A stretch of DNA of 64,000 nucleotides from Paraphysomonas bandaiensis (lineage: Eukaryota > Protista > Chrysophyceae), in the NCBI GenBank assembly GCA_965644295.1, contig CBFFRP010000355.1, positions 57,405 through 121,404 of the forward strand, read 5' to 3'. This document shows positions 24,501 to 38,593 of the stretch, piece by piece. A program made the translations under genes and the position numbers. How positions within the stretch are numbered: position 1 is the stretch's first letter; each line of letters begins with the position of its first letter. A model generated the notes under the pieces. That model was not told the origin of the DNA, ran no database searches, and saw nothing but the letters and a program-made list of their open reading frames with translations.

Positions 24501-27500
24501 GTCATGTAGTCGCAGTGACATTGTCGGGCTTAGGTAGCGCATTGCGAACAACTGATACTATGTTGAATTTCAGTCTTGATATTTATTCTGTTGATCCTCC
24601 CAGTGGAAGTCTGTCGGGTGGGCAGTGGATTACGATCACGGGTAAAGGCTTTCGTAACGATTCTACTGTGTCCATGGGCTCGGGCCTGTGTGATATTCAA
24701 TATCTATCTCCATCTCAGATCATATGTATAACTCCTCCTGTGAAATCGTTCCTCGGAAGAGACAATTCGACGAATTGTACGCAGACTAGTGAAAGTTGCT
24801 TGCCTTCATACGCCAATGTGACTGCCTGGGAAGAAAATACGACGATAGCTATCGATGGGTATGAATTTCCAGGGATGTATGTGCACGACATACTATCCAC
24901 TCCAACGATTGATGTTGTATCACCGCGAGATATATCTTCAGCATTAACAACACTTGTAGAAATAATTGGCTTGGGTTTTGTATCTAATTCATCTGTAAGT
25001 ATTGATGGAAATGAATGCATTGTTCAGGTACTTTATCCAGACATGATTGAGTGTCTTCTTGTGCGTTCTTTACCCACACAGCAAAAACACGGCAATGTGA
25101 AGGTCTATGTTCCGAATGTGGGATATGCATCCGAAGCTGGAGATGTAACGGAATTACCTGTGGTAAACTTTGGCTACGAGGTTCACAACGTGTACCCTTG
25201 GAAGGGAAGCTTAAAGGGAGGCACTAGATTATATATAGATGGATTCGGATTTATGGAGAACGGTATCGACCGACACACTGTGTCTCTTAAAGACAGAAAC
25301 TACATCTCCAGTGAGTATGAAGAGCTGCTCTTTGGATTAGGGCTGTCAGATAGGCCCGGTGGGATTGTGTACTGTGAAGTAATTGAGGTATCATTTAATC
25401 AGATTGTTTGTGAACTGGAAGAAACTATATCTGTTGTAAACGACACGTCGTATATTGTTTCCGTCGCAGTCAATGGAATGACAGCAATATGTGACGACAC
25501 ACAAGCGTGTAGCTACCAGCAAGCTGCCAGTCATACCCCTGTTGTGTATTCTACGCATGTGGTGTCGAGGGATAACAACACAGGACATATTGACGTACAC
25601 GTGTACGGAAACGAGAATTTGGTAAATGCTACCAATCCTGCATACTCCTTGAATCGGCAGTCTTGTGTGGTGATTGATCATGTTACAGACTATGTAACTG
25701 TGAGGTGTCCTAGTTCTCCCGCTGGATCATATGTACTGTCAGTATTCGTGGAAGGTTTGGGTAAAGCCCATGTGGAAGAAAATGCAACTGTATTGGTAAC
25801 GATGTGGGTCTCCGAGGTATCTGCCATGGGTTACAAAGGGTCACTTGGTGGAGGGACACCATTTGTTTTGACGGGCTATGGGTTCGGAAAATCTTGCTCA
25901 GAGAACACCGTCTCAATGCGTTTCAGTAACAATGAAATTATGTATCTCCCGAATACGAGCTTTGTTAATTGCGCTGTCAACACTTTGTTCCTTAGAACTC
26001 CTTCCGTAATTACGCTATATGGAGGTATACCATTTGACTTAAACTCCGCTGAAAACTTCTCTGTTGTGGAAATAGCTGTGTATTATAATGGTATGTCTGC
26101 CTCAACTGGACTTTCCTTTACTTTTTCTCCACTTTATACTCCGGTAGTTGCTGTTCAAGGGACCTCTGGGTTTGCGGAATCGAATATATCTTTAAACATT
26201 TCTATTCCTGAAGTCGCTGCGAATTCCAGAGATTTCTCAGTTACTGTAGGTGGCGAAACCTGCACTTCCCTCTCGAGCAAGCCAAATAGGAATACTTCAA
26301 TCGAACTAATATGTGATGCGCCTGCTCTTCCTGGAGACTTAAGTTACGGGATCGAAGCTTTAATATTACCTTTCGGGGTAGCGTTGACCTCACTTGCTTC
26401 GGTTCCTACCTTTTACTCTGAATTTGCCGTGAATCCATTGGACACAATCGATATCACTAGCAGTGTTGCTGGTGGTTCAGTAATTGACGTTATCGGAAAG
26501 GGTCTTTCAGCAGGTACTCAGGTGCACATCTGCGGTCAGCCCTGTATGACTCAAGTCTCCTCATATAATCATATTAGCTGCACCACTCCCCCTCGAATGA
26601 CTGTTTCTGCAGTCGAGCATTTTGAATCCATTGGAGCTAGTATTGATACCATCGAAGATATCGTTGGTGGCATTGTAGGTTCAAACGGGAATTATCTACG
26701 TAACCTCGAAGATGGAGATTATACGACGTATTTTTTCCACGATTCCATTCACTGCTACATTGGAATTGATTTGCCTGTTGGATTCGTTGCTCGCCCATAT
26801 CGCCTTCGGTTTTACCCTCGACTACAGTATGCTAATGATGTTGGTGGCTCCGTGTTTGAGGGAAGCGTTGATGGTGGAAAATCGTATATTGTTATCGACA
26901 GAATATTAAGTGCCCATGAAGGGTGGAATTATATGGAGGCCAATGAAACACTGAGTAGACAATGGTTTACGAGTTTTCGATTCCGGTCAACCGCTTCAGT
27001 ATCATCGAAATGCATGATTTCAGAAATTCGATTTTTAGGAACCGTGGCTGCTCGCGACGAAACCTGTGAAGTTAGTGTGACGTCATCAGAGTTTTCTTCT
27101 TCAGTCTTAGTTGGCAACATCACGTATGACGCTGTTGTGGGGACACCATTTGTGAAATCTATTAGCCCCAATAACGGTACGGCGCTTGGTGGAACAGCTG
27201 TATCTATTCGAGGGTATAACTTTGCGTCAATACAGAATATGTCTTCGTTGGGCAGGAGAGTAACAATGGATGGTATGAATCACAGCAGTGAAAAGGGGGC
27301 AATGGTGCATTTGAATGGTATGATGTGCCACGTGACGAGCATCACTGACTATGAAATTAATTGTACAACTGTTGCTCGTGATTTGGATCACCTTCATCAC
27401 TCCGAAACTTCTGTCCGTATTAACAGCCTAGGAATTGCGGTGACGGATTTAGCAGCAAAGTATTTGTATATTGATCGATGGAGTGATTTGACAACATGGC

Positions 27501-30500
27501 GCAATAAGGAACCACCTGTAGATGGGGACTTAGTGTGGATTCCTGAGGGCCAAGTGGTGTTGCTGGATATAGAGAGCCCAGTGTTATCACTTTTACTGAT
27601 TGAAGGTGAGTTGTATTTTGATCCTACGAGAGATGTCAGATTGGATGCACATTACATATATGTGAATGGAGGTCGACTGCAGGTCGGCACAGCCGAAGAG
27701 CCTTATGAACGAAATGCTGTTATCACACTGCATGGAGATAGGTATACATCTATTGAAATACCCCACATCGGGTCCAAGTGTTTGGCAGTGGCCGCGAAAG
27801 GTATGGTGCATTCCCATGGTAGCACTGGGGCACATGTTACTGACCACGACATGGGGTTTATTGAGATACATGGTTCAAAACGGTTGCGAACATGGACGAA
27901 ATTGAACGAAACAGCTAGTGCTGGCCTTGATCATATTGTCACATCTGAGGCTGTAGATTTCAAGGAGGGAGAGAGAATTGTAATAACAGGGTCAGAGATT
28001 CCAGTTGGAGACAATTTCCAGGAGGAAGTAGTGACAGTTATATCAACGTACAATTATCATACAGTAAAATTTTATCCACCGTTACAATTTACACATCGCT
28101 CAGAAATAGTGGTAGTCGAAGGGCGTGAACTTGATTTGAGATGTGAAGTTGGGTTACTGACTCGGAACGTGGTTATCCAGGGTGATGACAGTAGTGATGA
28201 ACAGCTTTTTGGTGTTCATACCATTGGAATGTCAGGAACGTACCGTATCGAAAATGCAGAAATCACGAAGTGTGGTCAGGCATTCAATCTCGGTCGATAC
28301 TGCACTCATGCCCACCATGCTGGCAACTTCGAGGGAAATTATATAAAGGCGAACAGTATTCATCGTAGCTACCAGCGTGCTGTCACGACACATGACACCT
28401 CCTATTGGGAAGTCCGTGATAATGTGGCGTACGATGTGATGGGCCATGCTTACTTTGTTGAAGATGGGAATGAATTCTATAATAGTATTTCTGGAAATCT
28501 TGGAATTCGCATAAAAACCTCAAGTGCTTTGCTGAAGTCAGACACGAAGCCGGCTGTCTTCTGGACAACTAATCCAAACAACTTCTGGTATGATAATGTT
28601 GGTGTGCATTCTCACTCATTTGGGTTCTGGTTCGAGCTGCCTTCGTCCCCTCCAGTTGGTGTCGTTAACAATATATGCAGTCACAACGAACACCTTGGTG
28701 AATTTTCTAATAACACCTTCCGTGCAAACGGACAACTGGGTCTACGTATCTATCCCAGATGGACCCCACATGTAGATCCTTGTGACGAGAACTCACCACC
28801 TGCGCCACAATACTTACGAACGATGCTGTCGTATAGAAACGCGGGTAACGGTATGTTTTCCAAGAATCATGGGGACCTACATCATTTGGGACACACTTTT
28901 CTTGAAAATGGTGGAACTGATATATCCATTGCACACTATGTTCATGTCGAATATAACTCGAATCCTGCATTTCTTGACACGTACATCATTGGATCGCTGA
29001 GCGATATTGCCCAGAATGCTTCGCTTGGAGCGAAGTTTGCTGTCTGGGCCCCTCAAGATGAATTCTTTTACATGAAGAATACTACGATTATTAATTTTGG
29101 TGTAACTGGTGCATTGTCTGGGTGTAATGACTGTGCTTCTGGGGAAGAGATGAACCAAGGGGCTTTCACATACCGATTTGAAGGTATGAATTTCATAAAC
29201 TCGGACAGGCGTACGCGATGGTCACCACACTACAAGCAGATATTCTGGGATTTGGATGGCTCTATTGCTGGACATGCGAACTCTTACGTCCTACAGTGGT
29301 ATGACTTCAATGCATGGTCACCACATTGCACCCCTCTTTCTAAGCGTAACTACGGAGATTCAATGTTGTGTGTCAATACCACAGTAAGAAGAGTGGAAAT
29401 CGATTATGTAGAGCCAAATCAAGTCGATTTTACTGATATCAAAGTGTATGGAAGTGATCGGAGTGCAGAAGTGTATTTTTTGCCTTTCGACTCATATGGG
29501 TGGGTGGTTCCGTTGGTGATGAACCAATCGTATGGTCTTGAGTGGCACGACGCTGGTGTGTCCCCAACTGAATTCGAATTTAATTTAGGTGCGACAGAGT
29601 ATATCAAAGAAATGTATGACAGGGGTGTAAATGAAACAGTGAGATTGAGTTTTATGCCTAATCGACACGACTATATTCCGTATTCGTATAGCGTTCACTA
29701 CGGTGCTGAGCACGAATACAGCAGCCGGAATTTCAGTGCGTCACTTACAGATAGGATGGGAACTAGCTCATTTGTTAATAACACACTGAATGTAATTTTA
29801 TCTTCCAATGGAGCAGATTGGAATCTGGACGAGCCTTTTGCTGTTGCTGTAGAGGCCGAGTTGTGTCCTCCGAGTGGATGCCCGATTCCACCTTTGCCAT
29901 CATTACCCTCAAACTATTCGTTATGGAGCGACCCGTCGTCCTGGCCAGATGGAATCCTTCCGGTCGCAGGTTCAGATGTCGTCATTGAAGCGGACATGTG
30001 GATTCATATGGACATATCACCTCCGCCGTTTAGATCGGTTACCATATATGGTGCGCTGACATTCAAGAGTGGAATGAGCAGTACCCTTACATTGGAAGCA
30101 AATAACATCATCGTTTATGGTAGTTTTGAAGTGTCTGGAGTAGATAAAAAACCCTTTAACGGAAATGCCGAAATAATTTTAAGCGGCGACAAATCTTCGT
30201 CGATTCCAATCGTCGTCGGCGAAGACAGGTTTATAGGGTCTAAGGTAATGGCTGTTATGGGAAATTTAGTGCTGGTTGGAAAACAAATCGCTGATACTTG
30301 GGCTCGATTAGCAGCCACAGCCAACCGTGGTGATAACATTGCTGTTATCAATTCCACGCAGATATCGTGGGAGGTTGGGGATGAAGTAGTTTTCTCACCA
30401 ACGGGATATTTTGGCGTAGACGGCGAATTGTGGAGTAATGAAGATGGTGCTGTTGAGTATCGAACCATTACAGGAATTAGCAAGAGTGGAGAATTGACGG

Positions 30501-33500
30501 ATATCACGCTTGATAAACCTCTCTCTCAACCTCATTTGTGCACAGTTGTTGAGAACCACTCGTTTTGTGGGGCTGTGGGACTGGTGACAAGGAATATAAA
30601 AGTGTTTTCGCGAGACTCGGAGGATGATAGTACTTCCAGCGATTTCGGATTTGGAGGACATATTGTGGCTGTAGATCTTGTCGAGGAGCTCTATGAAGCT
30701 GAGAGATATTTTACAGGTAGTCTGTATTTGGTTTCCGTTGAGATGAAGAACCTTGGAAAAGCGAATTCAGATCATTACGCGATTGGTTTTGAGTACTCTG
30801 GCTCTCATGGAAGCAGTGTTGTGACCAACTGCTCATTGAACAGAAATTATAATTTTGCATTGGGGGCCTTTGGCACAAGAGGCCTTGTCTTCGATAATAA
30901 CATTGCCGTTGATAATTGGGGTGGTGGTGTTTACATTGACATGTCTTGTTCGAATTTTTCTCTTGTACATAATTTAGTTGTTGGAGTTCATCAACTACCA
31001 TCTGTCCTGAAGAGCAGTTTCCCTTGGACGAGACCTGTTGCTGCATTTACGATCGCAAGCACAGATGGAATTATTCAACACAACCTTGCTGCGGGATCTG
31101 TAGACCAAGGTTTTGCGATTGCCACCAAACTTTTCATTCATTCAGATGAAAGTCTTTGTCAAGTAACAAGGGGGCTACCATATACTCATTCCGCTGCAAT
31201 ATCACCGCAACAGCAATTTTTGGTCAATGAAGCGGTCGCGTGTCGAGGTGGCTTATCTGTGATGAATATGGGGTCAGCAGAAAGCTCGCCTTCTGACTGT
31301 GCAGTTGTTAATGGAATCAAAGCTTGGCGGAATGCACATACCGGAATAATGGCGATTGCTGCGGAGGCCAATGTCATTGTTGCTAATGTAATTCTTGCTG
31401 AGAATCATATTGGTGTAGTTGCTGATTATTTCAAGGTATCTTCAAATGCATTTTCTGGTGTTATTTCGTCAACAATAATTGGAAGTATGCATTCGAATGG
31501 GTATTCTGATTTGCCAGACAGTGCGTGGGATAGAAAATGTCAAGTATTTTCTGAAGCGGACCCACATGGATTGACATCTGTGTGTAGATCGACTATCAGT
31601 TCGTTTTACCAGCGCGTTGGCATATTACTACCTCAGTTTACCAATCGTGGCAAAACTTGTGCCGTGGAAGGTCGATGGGATCAATGCCAGCCGGCAACTA
31701 CTCCTGACCGGTTGTGTGCATTGCCTTACGAAAAGCGATATGGTCTTCCGATGGATATGCAGTACTCTGAAATGCATGTCCATGACACTGTTTTTACTGG
31801 GTTTCGAAGTGCTGACACAATACCAGACACCACGCGGAGTTCCGCCGCTATTGCCATCAATCCCTCACAGCTGGACCAGCAGCCCAGCGTTGTGGTGTCA
31901 GGACTGGTATGGAGTGGTGTGGACGATGGCCGTATGGACAGAGAAGCGCGCTTTGGGTTTAAATCAACTGGCGCTGGTTGTAATTCGCGTACCTGTATGG
32001 GGCTGGACATGGGCCTAATCTATGACATCGACGGATCCGGGGCTGGATACGAACATTCTGGTCAGATTGTATTCGGCAACCCTGGATATACAGCACCACA
32101 TCCCTTATGTTCTACAGCTTCCGAGCTAGGAGTTGGAGTGGCATTTTGTTGGGGCAACGGTAATGAGTCCAGCACTACTTCATTTCGTCAGTATAGTGCA
32201 GTGTGGCGGGATTACCAGACTTTCTTAATTGGGCCCATTCAAGTGACAAGACGCTTTGAGTCTCTTCAAGAAAATCGAACATATGCATCCTATGGACCAA
32301 CTGATGACAGCTGTCCAAAACGATTTTACTTTAGTCGGTTTCCTCTATATATTTCCCCTGGAATGAAGCATGATATAGTGACCACAGGCACGGTACCTAC
32401 GACATGGTTCTTTCGCTGGGATTCACCCTTCGACTCGGACTCCGCTGTGCTAGAATTTTTTATTCACGGATCGAACAGCGTCAGAGTGTTTATTGCATCG
32501 ACTGAAAGGGGGCCCTATATCGAGGTTCCTCGCTTCACAGATCGCTACCCTACTCTCGACGACCCTGCGGGATCAAGTGCTCGAAATCCACAGAAGAGAA
32601 CTCTGACTGTTACTATACGCGGAGGAAGCAAGCGATTTTACAAATTTGTTGTGGTTCCAGTCGTTGCTATTAATATGAAGATCGAAACAGATTTCGACTC
32701 TTTTAACTCCAATAATTTTATTGCCAACGTCGCTTTCCTATTGAACATTCCGCTGGATAGAATCAAAATCGCGGAAGTGCGACGTGGGAGCGTGATTGTT
32801 GATTTTTACATAGAGGCCTCACCTGAATCCAACTCCAATATCACATCGACTGACAATTCCACCGACGCAGAAACTGTCATTGCTAATCAAGTAACAGAGC
32901 TGCAAGCCGTTGCATCTAACTTTTCCAAAGCTGTTTTCTCGGGAGCGTTGGAGACAACGCTCGGTGCCTCGATTGACACCCTGACTGTCGTTGAGCCCGT
33001 TATACCAGAAGTTATTCCAGACATCAGCAATGCCGACGATGACAATGACGACGACTTGAGCAGCAATACTACTAATACAGACGGGGGTAGTTCAACAAGC
33101 AATGGAAATGTGTTATACTTAGTTTCCAAACCCCCCACCAACTTCCCTACCTCGTCTCCGACAGTGTCTCATCATCCTACTCACTCCCCAACTCCTATTC
33201 CCACAGGTACCCCGACAGCCCCAACATCATTTCCCACTACGCAGGCGCAGACGCAATTGACTTTACCGGGCAGCTGCTCTCTGTCTGGAGTCACTGTCAG
33301 CAACTTTTCGAAAAATTATTCAGACTCATTTACGGAAAGTATTGCGAGCTCTATGAGCTCGAGTTCTAACCGAGAGTTTGATAGCTCTCACGTGATCATT
33401 CGCAGTGTGGAAGATGTATTGCGCAGGGTCTTATTTAACTCAAATCCTTCGACCATATCGAAGCGTGAGTTGTCTGGGTCTGGAGTAGTTGTCGTGTTCG

Positions 33501-34378
33501 ATATCGTATTCATTGTTGAACAGTTTGGATTTGAAGTGGATAATGTTGTAACTAGCATACGAAATCAGCTGGCACTCTCTATGTCGACTGATGTGCTACA
33601 AGATGCACTTAATTCTGCGCTGCAGTCTCGCGTAGGTGACTCCTTCTCTCCTATAAGCGTTGTGGGATTAAATGTCAACGAAGATGCTGCTGAGTTCAGT
33701 CAGGTACGCACAGCGGCGCCCACTCCTCGGCCTACGTCGGAGAAAAAATCTTCTGGTGCAACTGGTGATGCAAAGGGACTGGATGATTGGGTGGTTTGGA
33801 CCATCATAGCTGTGTCCACAATTTTCCTGGTTGCTGTAGGTATTGCAGGCAAAAGTTATTTTGATAATGCTGGTCAGAATGTGGGCGTGACCCAACTGAA
33901 GTCCAGAAAAATTGAGGTTGAGCCTCTGCCTTCATCTGTTGTGGTTAGAAACGAAACGCACAGTGTGGACGAATTGCGGGGAACGACACATGTAGCCCCC
34001 CAGCCTTCGGTTCAAACTGATGCCAGTGGCAATCCGGTATCCTTGGGAATATTCCTCAACCGGGTTAGTCCACATCTTGCTATTGATAGCAACGAGGTAA
34101 GACATTTGCGTATGGGAAAGATTGCTGACGTGACTGTATGTAGTGCTCCGACAGTAGTGAACTCTCAATTAGCAAGAGTAACTCTCCAGCTGCTCCTAGA
34201 AATCCTAATGTAAGCTAACGTTAAACAATTTGTAGTTCTGTGTAAGTTTCTGTGCGTTCAGATCGCATCTTTTGATGCAGCTCACATCGGCCAGCCCACA
34301 CGGCCCGATGTTTATATACGATCGACTTCAGTCGATTTAGAAAGAGGTAAACAATCCCCTCTAGCGCGACGCGGGTAG
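21548..34378 (+). CDS. Fibrocystin-L (PKHD1L1)-like giant type I membrane protein
   Basis: Signal peptide; repeated IPT/TIG starts (GIDGGTQITISG, GSIGGGTIVTIEG, GSLSGGQWITITG); PA14-like YTFFVASDD; two G8-like domains (RWSDLTTW, LWSDPSSWPDG) each followed by beta-helix repeats; P/T/S-rich stalk; transmembrane helix WVVWTIIAVSTIFLVAVGI. Several short 5' introns; probable 3' introns from 34097 give a stop at 34376-34378. Confidence 0.85.
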
Positions 34379-35266
34379 AGGCAGAGTGGCGGTTTATAGC
34401 TGCATTGGATCTAATATGGGTTGTGCAGCAGGTTTTATACGCTGCACATCGCTATGTTTGTAGGGAAATAAGTAGGGATATAATTTGCGAAGAGCAATGC
34501 TACTATGTACGTATTGGTGGTATATTTGTAGCTAGTTGATGATGTACTTAAACTTTTCATACCTTCTTTCAATGAATATTGCACAATTACGATATATTCG
34601 AAGTAAATGATTCTTCATGATACATTTCTTCCGCGTAAAAAATTGTAGAGGAAGGTACGATTGCTTATGATTTTCACTACAACCTGCTCCGAAGTACTTA
34701 CTTGTACTTGTTGATGTGCATCGCTAGTAGCTAGTAGCCATCCCATATTCCGTGCAGCAATGAAACAGAATCAACAAAAACTACAACAGCAGGAATATTA
34801 AAAAAAACTTAAAAAGTAGTAGCTCGGTAGCTGTTAAAGATATGAGTTGTAGAGAACAATATTGGTGTTGGTGGTTGATGTGTTGCTACAATCCACCTAC
34901 AACATAATCAATTTATATTTATACATTTATACATTCTTTCTGTCATATAACATCTTATTCTCTTCTTGTCCTGTTTAGATTTTTGCATAATGCCGTTTAT
35001 AGTGTAATTTAATTCTGTTTTATTTACTCTCTGTTGACTGTTGAGATCTGAAGATTATATATCTTGCGATTGAGTGCATTATCATGTGTGCATTGAGGAT
35101 CGAAAGATATCTCTATGAAATTTGTATATTATATGGTAGAATGAAACTGAAGTATAAGTTGGTGACTATACAGGATAAGACTACTGAGTGTGTGGTTCGT
35201 ATATTATAGAAGTATATAGAAGCTGAAGTATTTATCACGACGATACAAGATACGTAAGTTGAGCAG

Positions 35267-36128
35267 TGGTTGACACGAACGAAATATATTATCATGTTGT
35301 TGACATGTTTTACATGACAACATATACAAATGTGTATGCAATATAATAAAATAGTCTACCTAGTTTGATTACAGTTAACTTCTCTTTATGATCTTAATTG
35401 TGAAAATGGCCAATAGTCAATACTCTCTGTAGGAATGATAGGTAGGCAGGGTGAGGGGGGAGGTTGCTTGATAAATGCACCTCTAGAAAACCATGTTGAA
35501 TTGGCTTGTGTGGTTGTCAGGTTATAGTCCTGTTGTACCTTGGAATGGGGTCGATAGGAGACAGGAGATGTAGAGAAAGGACGAGCAGGCAATTTGCGAT
35601 TACCTATCCGCACGAGCCATGCTATAACCAGCTGTAGCCGGAATGATCGGTGTACTAAGCGGTGATGTCTACTAGGGTGGGAGTAGAAAGTAGGTTGCAG
35701 CGCTGCAGTGGGGTGCAGGCACATGATTTAACTGAAACAGTTTGGCAAGAAGGGAATTGCAAGGGCAAGTACTAGTGGGGCTTGGAACGTGTACAACATG
35801 TTTGGACGAGAGTTTTGTCGGTATGGTGGTGTGATACAAAATGCAGCAATGTACTGCTGCCAATATAACACTTCCACGGTCTCAACAGAGACATAGAGCG
35901 TAGTGCGAGGTAAAAAGATGTAACTTTTTGTCGGGCTGTATTTTCAACCAGATTCGTTACTTATTGGTTGACACAAACGAAATATATTATCATGTTGTTG
36001 ACATGTTTTACATGACAACATATACAAATGTGTAGGCAATATAATAAAATAGTCTACCTAGTTTGATTACAGTAAACTTCTCTTTACGATCTTAATTGTG
36101 AAAATGACCAATAGTCAATACTCTCTGT
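35267..36128. mobile_element. Element bounded by 164-bp direct repeats (possible TRIM/LTR remnant or local duplication)
   Basis: 35267-35430 and 35965-36128 differ at about 5 positions; the 534-bp interior is more GC-rich than the flanks. No convincing TSD, PBS or correctly placed PPT. Confidence 0.55.
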
Positions 36129-36561
36129 TACATTGCTCACATTTAACCTTTCTACATAAACTATCATTTTTTCTCTGTTCTGCTTATAATATTTTTTCTC
36201 TAATCACCTATTAATTTATGATTACATCCCCTTATATTATGTAGGGCATAAAAAATTGACCACTCGTAGATGCCCTTATTACCCATTATGTATTAACATG
36301 TATCTAATAATTCGTAATCTCCTCTATCGAATTTATGTAGATTTTAGCTAAAAGAGCCCAAACAATTTCCACTTTTGATATCATCCTAGACGTCATTTAA
36401 CTAAGCAAAGAGAATGTACTTATGATATCAGTAAATTTTGAAATTATACAATTCGACAGCAAAAAAGCCAGATGGACATATGAATTGCTTTCGTTTCTAT
36501 AATGACACATCGTATTGAACAGTACTAACATGTGAATTCTGTGCTACAAACACAACATCCT

Positions 36562-38189
36562 CTAGCAATCAAGATCTGCATGTGGTTTTAATGGAGTTGT
36601 TCTGGTAAGAAGGGCCCTGTCATATTCAGCAAATACTCTGGAATAGTCTGCAGCTCCATAAGATCCGAAGAGTTCCGCTAACATATTCGGAAATTTCCGG
36701 TATGGTGAAATACCCAAATCGCCTGCATTATATTGTAGTTATTACAAAATATAGCACTGGATATATAAGTGTGAACTTACTCAGAAGTGTATCTATAAAC
36801 TGCTGGTAGCGAGCGTGGGTCACGTAAGATATTGTTGGGTCAAAAGCCTGATTGAGTTTCTTCCAAGACTCAACACGTCTCGTGCATTGCTCCATTTTCT
36901 GTACAAAGTATCAACTGTGCATACATACATGCAGCACACCATACCTCCACCGATGGGAGGACCATCTCTCCCTTCCAGACGGCTACCATCCAGAGTGTAC
37001 TTATTTCAACAGAGGGCATAAAAAGGAGGGATTGATTAAGACCTATGAAAGCCATTCGAGGAATCCTAGGGTGATATAAATGACGATATAGCTGTGCACC
37101 ACCCTCTTTCTCAAGCATACACCGATACTTGAGGGGAAGGAAACGGAAGTCAGGAGTCTGAATGCCTAGAGAGAGGACGGCAATGTCACAAGGTACCTGT
37201 TCGCCACTTTCCAATACAATGCCGTCAGAGTAGAACCCAGAGAAGTCCCCCCGTACAGGGAGGATCCTACCGTTCAGGATGTTATCATAGTATAGTTTAG
37301 GGTTAAAGGGAATAATTGCTGGTCGATGAACGAAGAGTGGGGTGTCCGGAAATGTCCGTTTGACAAGCTCCTCAACCCTCTGACCTTTATTATGCTTTCG
37401 CACATACCGCATCACCTGAAACTTAAGTATCCAACTCACAAGATTCCAGTAGAAATGCACAAAGGCTTTAAAGCGATGTATAAATTTGGCTGTTTTATTG
37501 GGCTGTACCCAGCACGTTATCATCAATGTTCCAAGTCGACAGAATAGAGGATACGTCCAGTCTCCCCACCACAGTTTCTCTGTAAGGGCCCATCTCGGAC
37601 TACGAAACAAATGTATCGTCTGAGCGGTCCTCTCAGCAGATAATGCCACTAAATCCATAGCACTCTTACCATAACCAATCACAGCCACTCGTTTGTTCTC
37701 TAATTCATTAATGTTTTGAAGGAATGGCCCGAGATGAACCTCCCCTTTAAAGGCATCTCTTCCAGGTAGACTGGGATAATACATGCCTTTAGTGAACAGA
37801 CCCGTACACGCCACTATATAATCAAAGAACCTCTCTGCATACTCCCCCTTATCGTCCTCATAACACAGTATCCATCCATTAGTCTCCTCTCGTGTGGATA
37901 TCACACTGTGACTTGTTCTGATGTCAAGTTGATAGTATGCTGCAGCTAGTCGTAAGTATTTCAATACTTGTTCTCCTGTAGGATGCTCTGACACCTTGAA
38001 GGGACACTCGAAGTCAGTGAATCGATATTGAAAGTCAAAACTCTGTATAGGGATTAGCGGGTATCCAGTATTCCACACCCCCCCTATTTCACTGGATTTT
38101 TCATATACGACTACTTCATAGCCGTATTGTTTCAAGACTTTCGCACAGCCGATCCCAGCAACTCCTGCCCCTACAACCGCTACGCTCAT
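36562..38189 (-). CDS. Flavin-containing monooxygenase (FMO family), 3 exons
   Basis: FAD motif VVGAGVAG, EIGGVW, CTG, FKGEVH, NADPH motif VIGYGKSA, LYRH; two short 3' introns lead to a stop at 36562-36564. Confidence 0.9.
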
Positions 38190-38593
38190 ATGTCCCCCTG
38201 TGAGTAGTATCTGACTGAAGCGGAGCGAATCATACGACGTGAAGATTATGCATAGCACACTTCGATGTAAGTCAATTGTGCGTGTTTTTTTGGCTGGGTG
38301 TTTTCGAGGCAACCATATCCACCTCCAGACCTCTACAGATTGCCACATAAAGTATACTGCTGTACATGTATTCCATAAATAACGTACTATCATACGTACT
38401 TAAAAGTTCCTGAAATCTGAAGTCATTTTTAGGTAAAAAGAAGTAAAAAATACCCTTTTTTTCTTTCTTTGCTGATTTAAAAAAAAGGAAAAGCCGTCCA
38501 CAGCAGTCTGTATAGAGCAAGTTAAGGTACGACAGCATTGTGCTGGAGCATTAACAACACAGTCACTGTGCTCTGGTCTTATATGACTCATTT

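Noticed and set aside
38393-38530. Possible small MITE with poly(A)/poly(T) tracts in the FMO/BMT5 spacer
   Set aside because: Only an imperfect 9-10 bp inverted match and no clear TSD.
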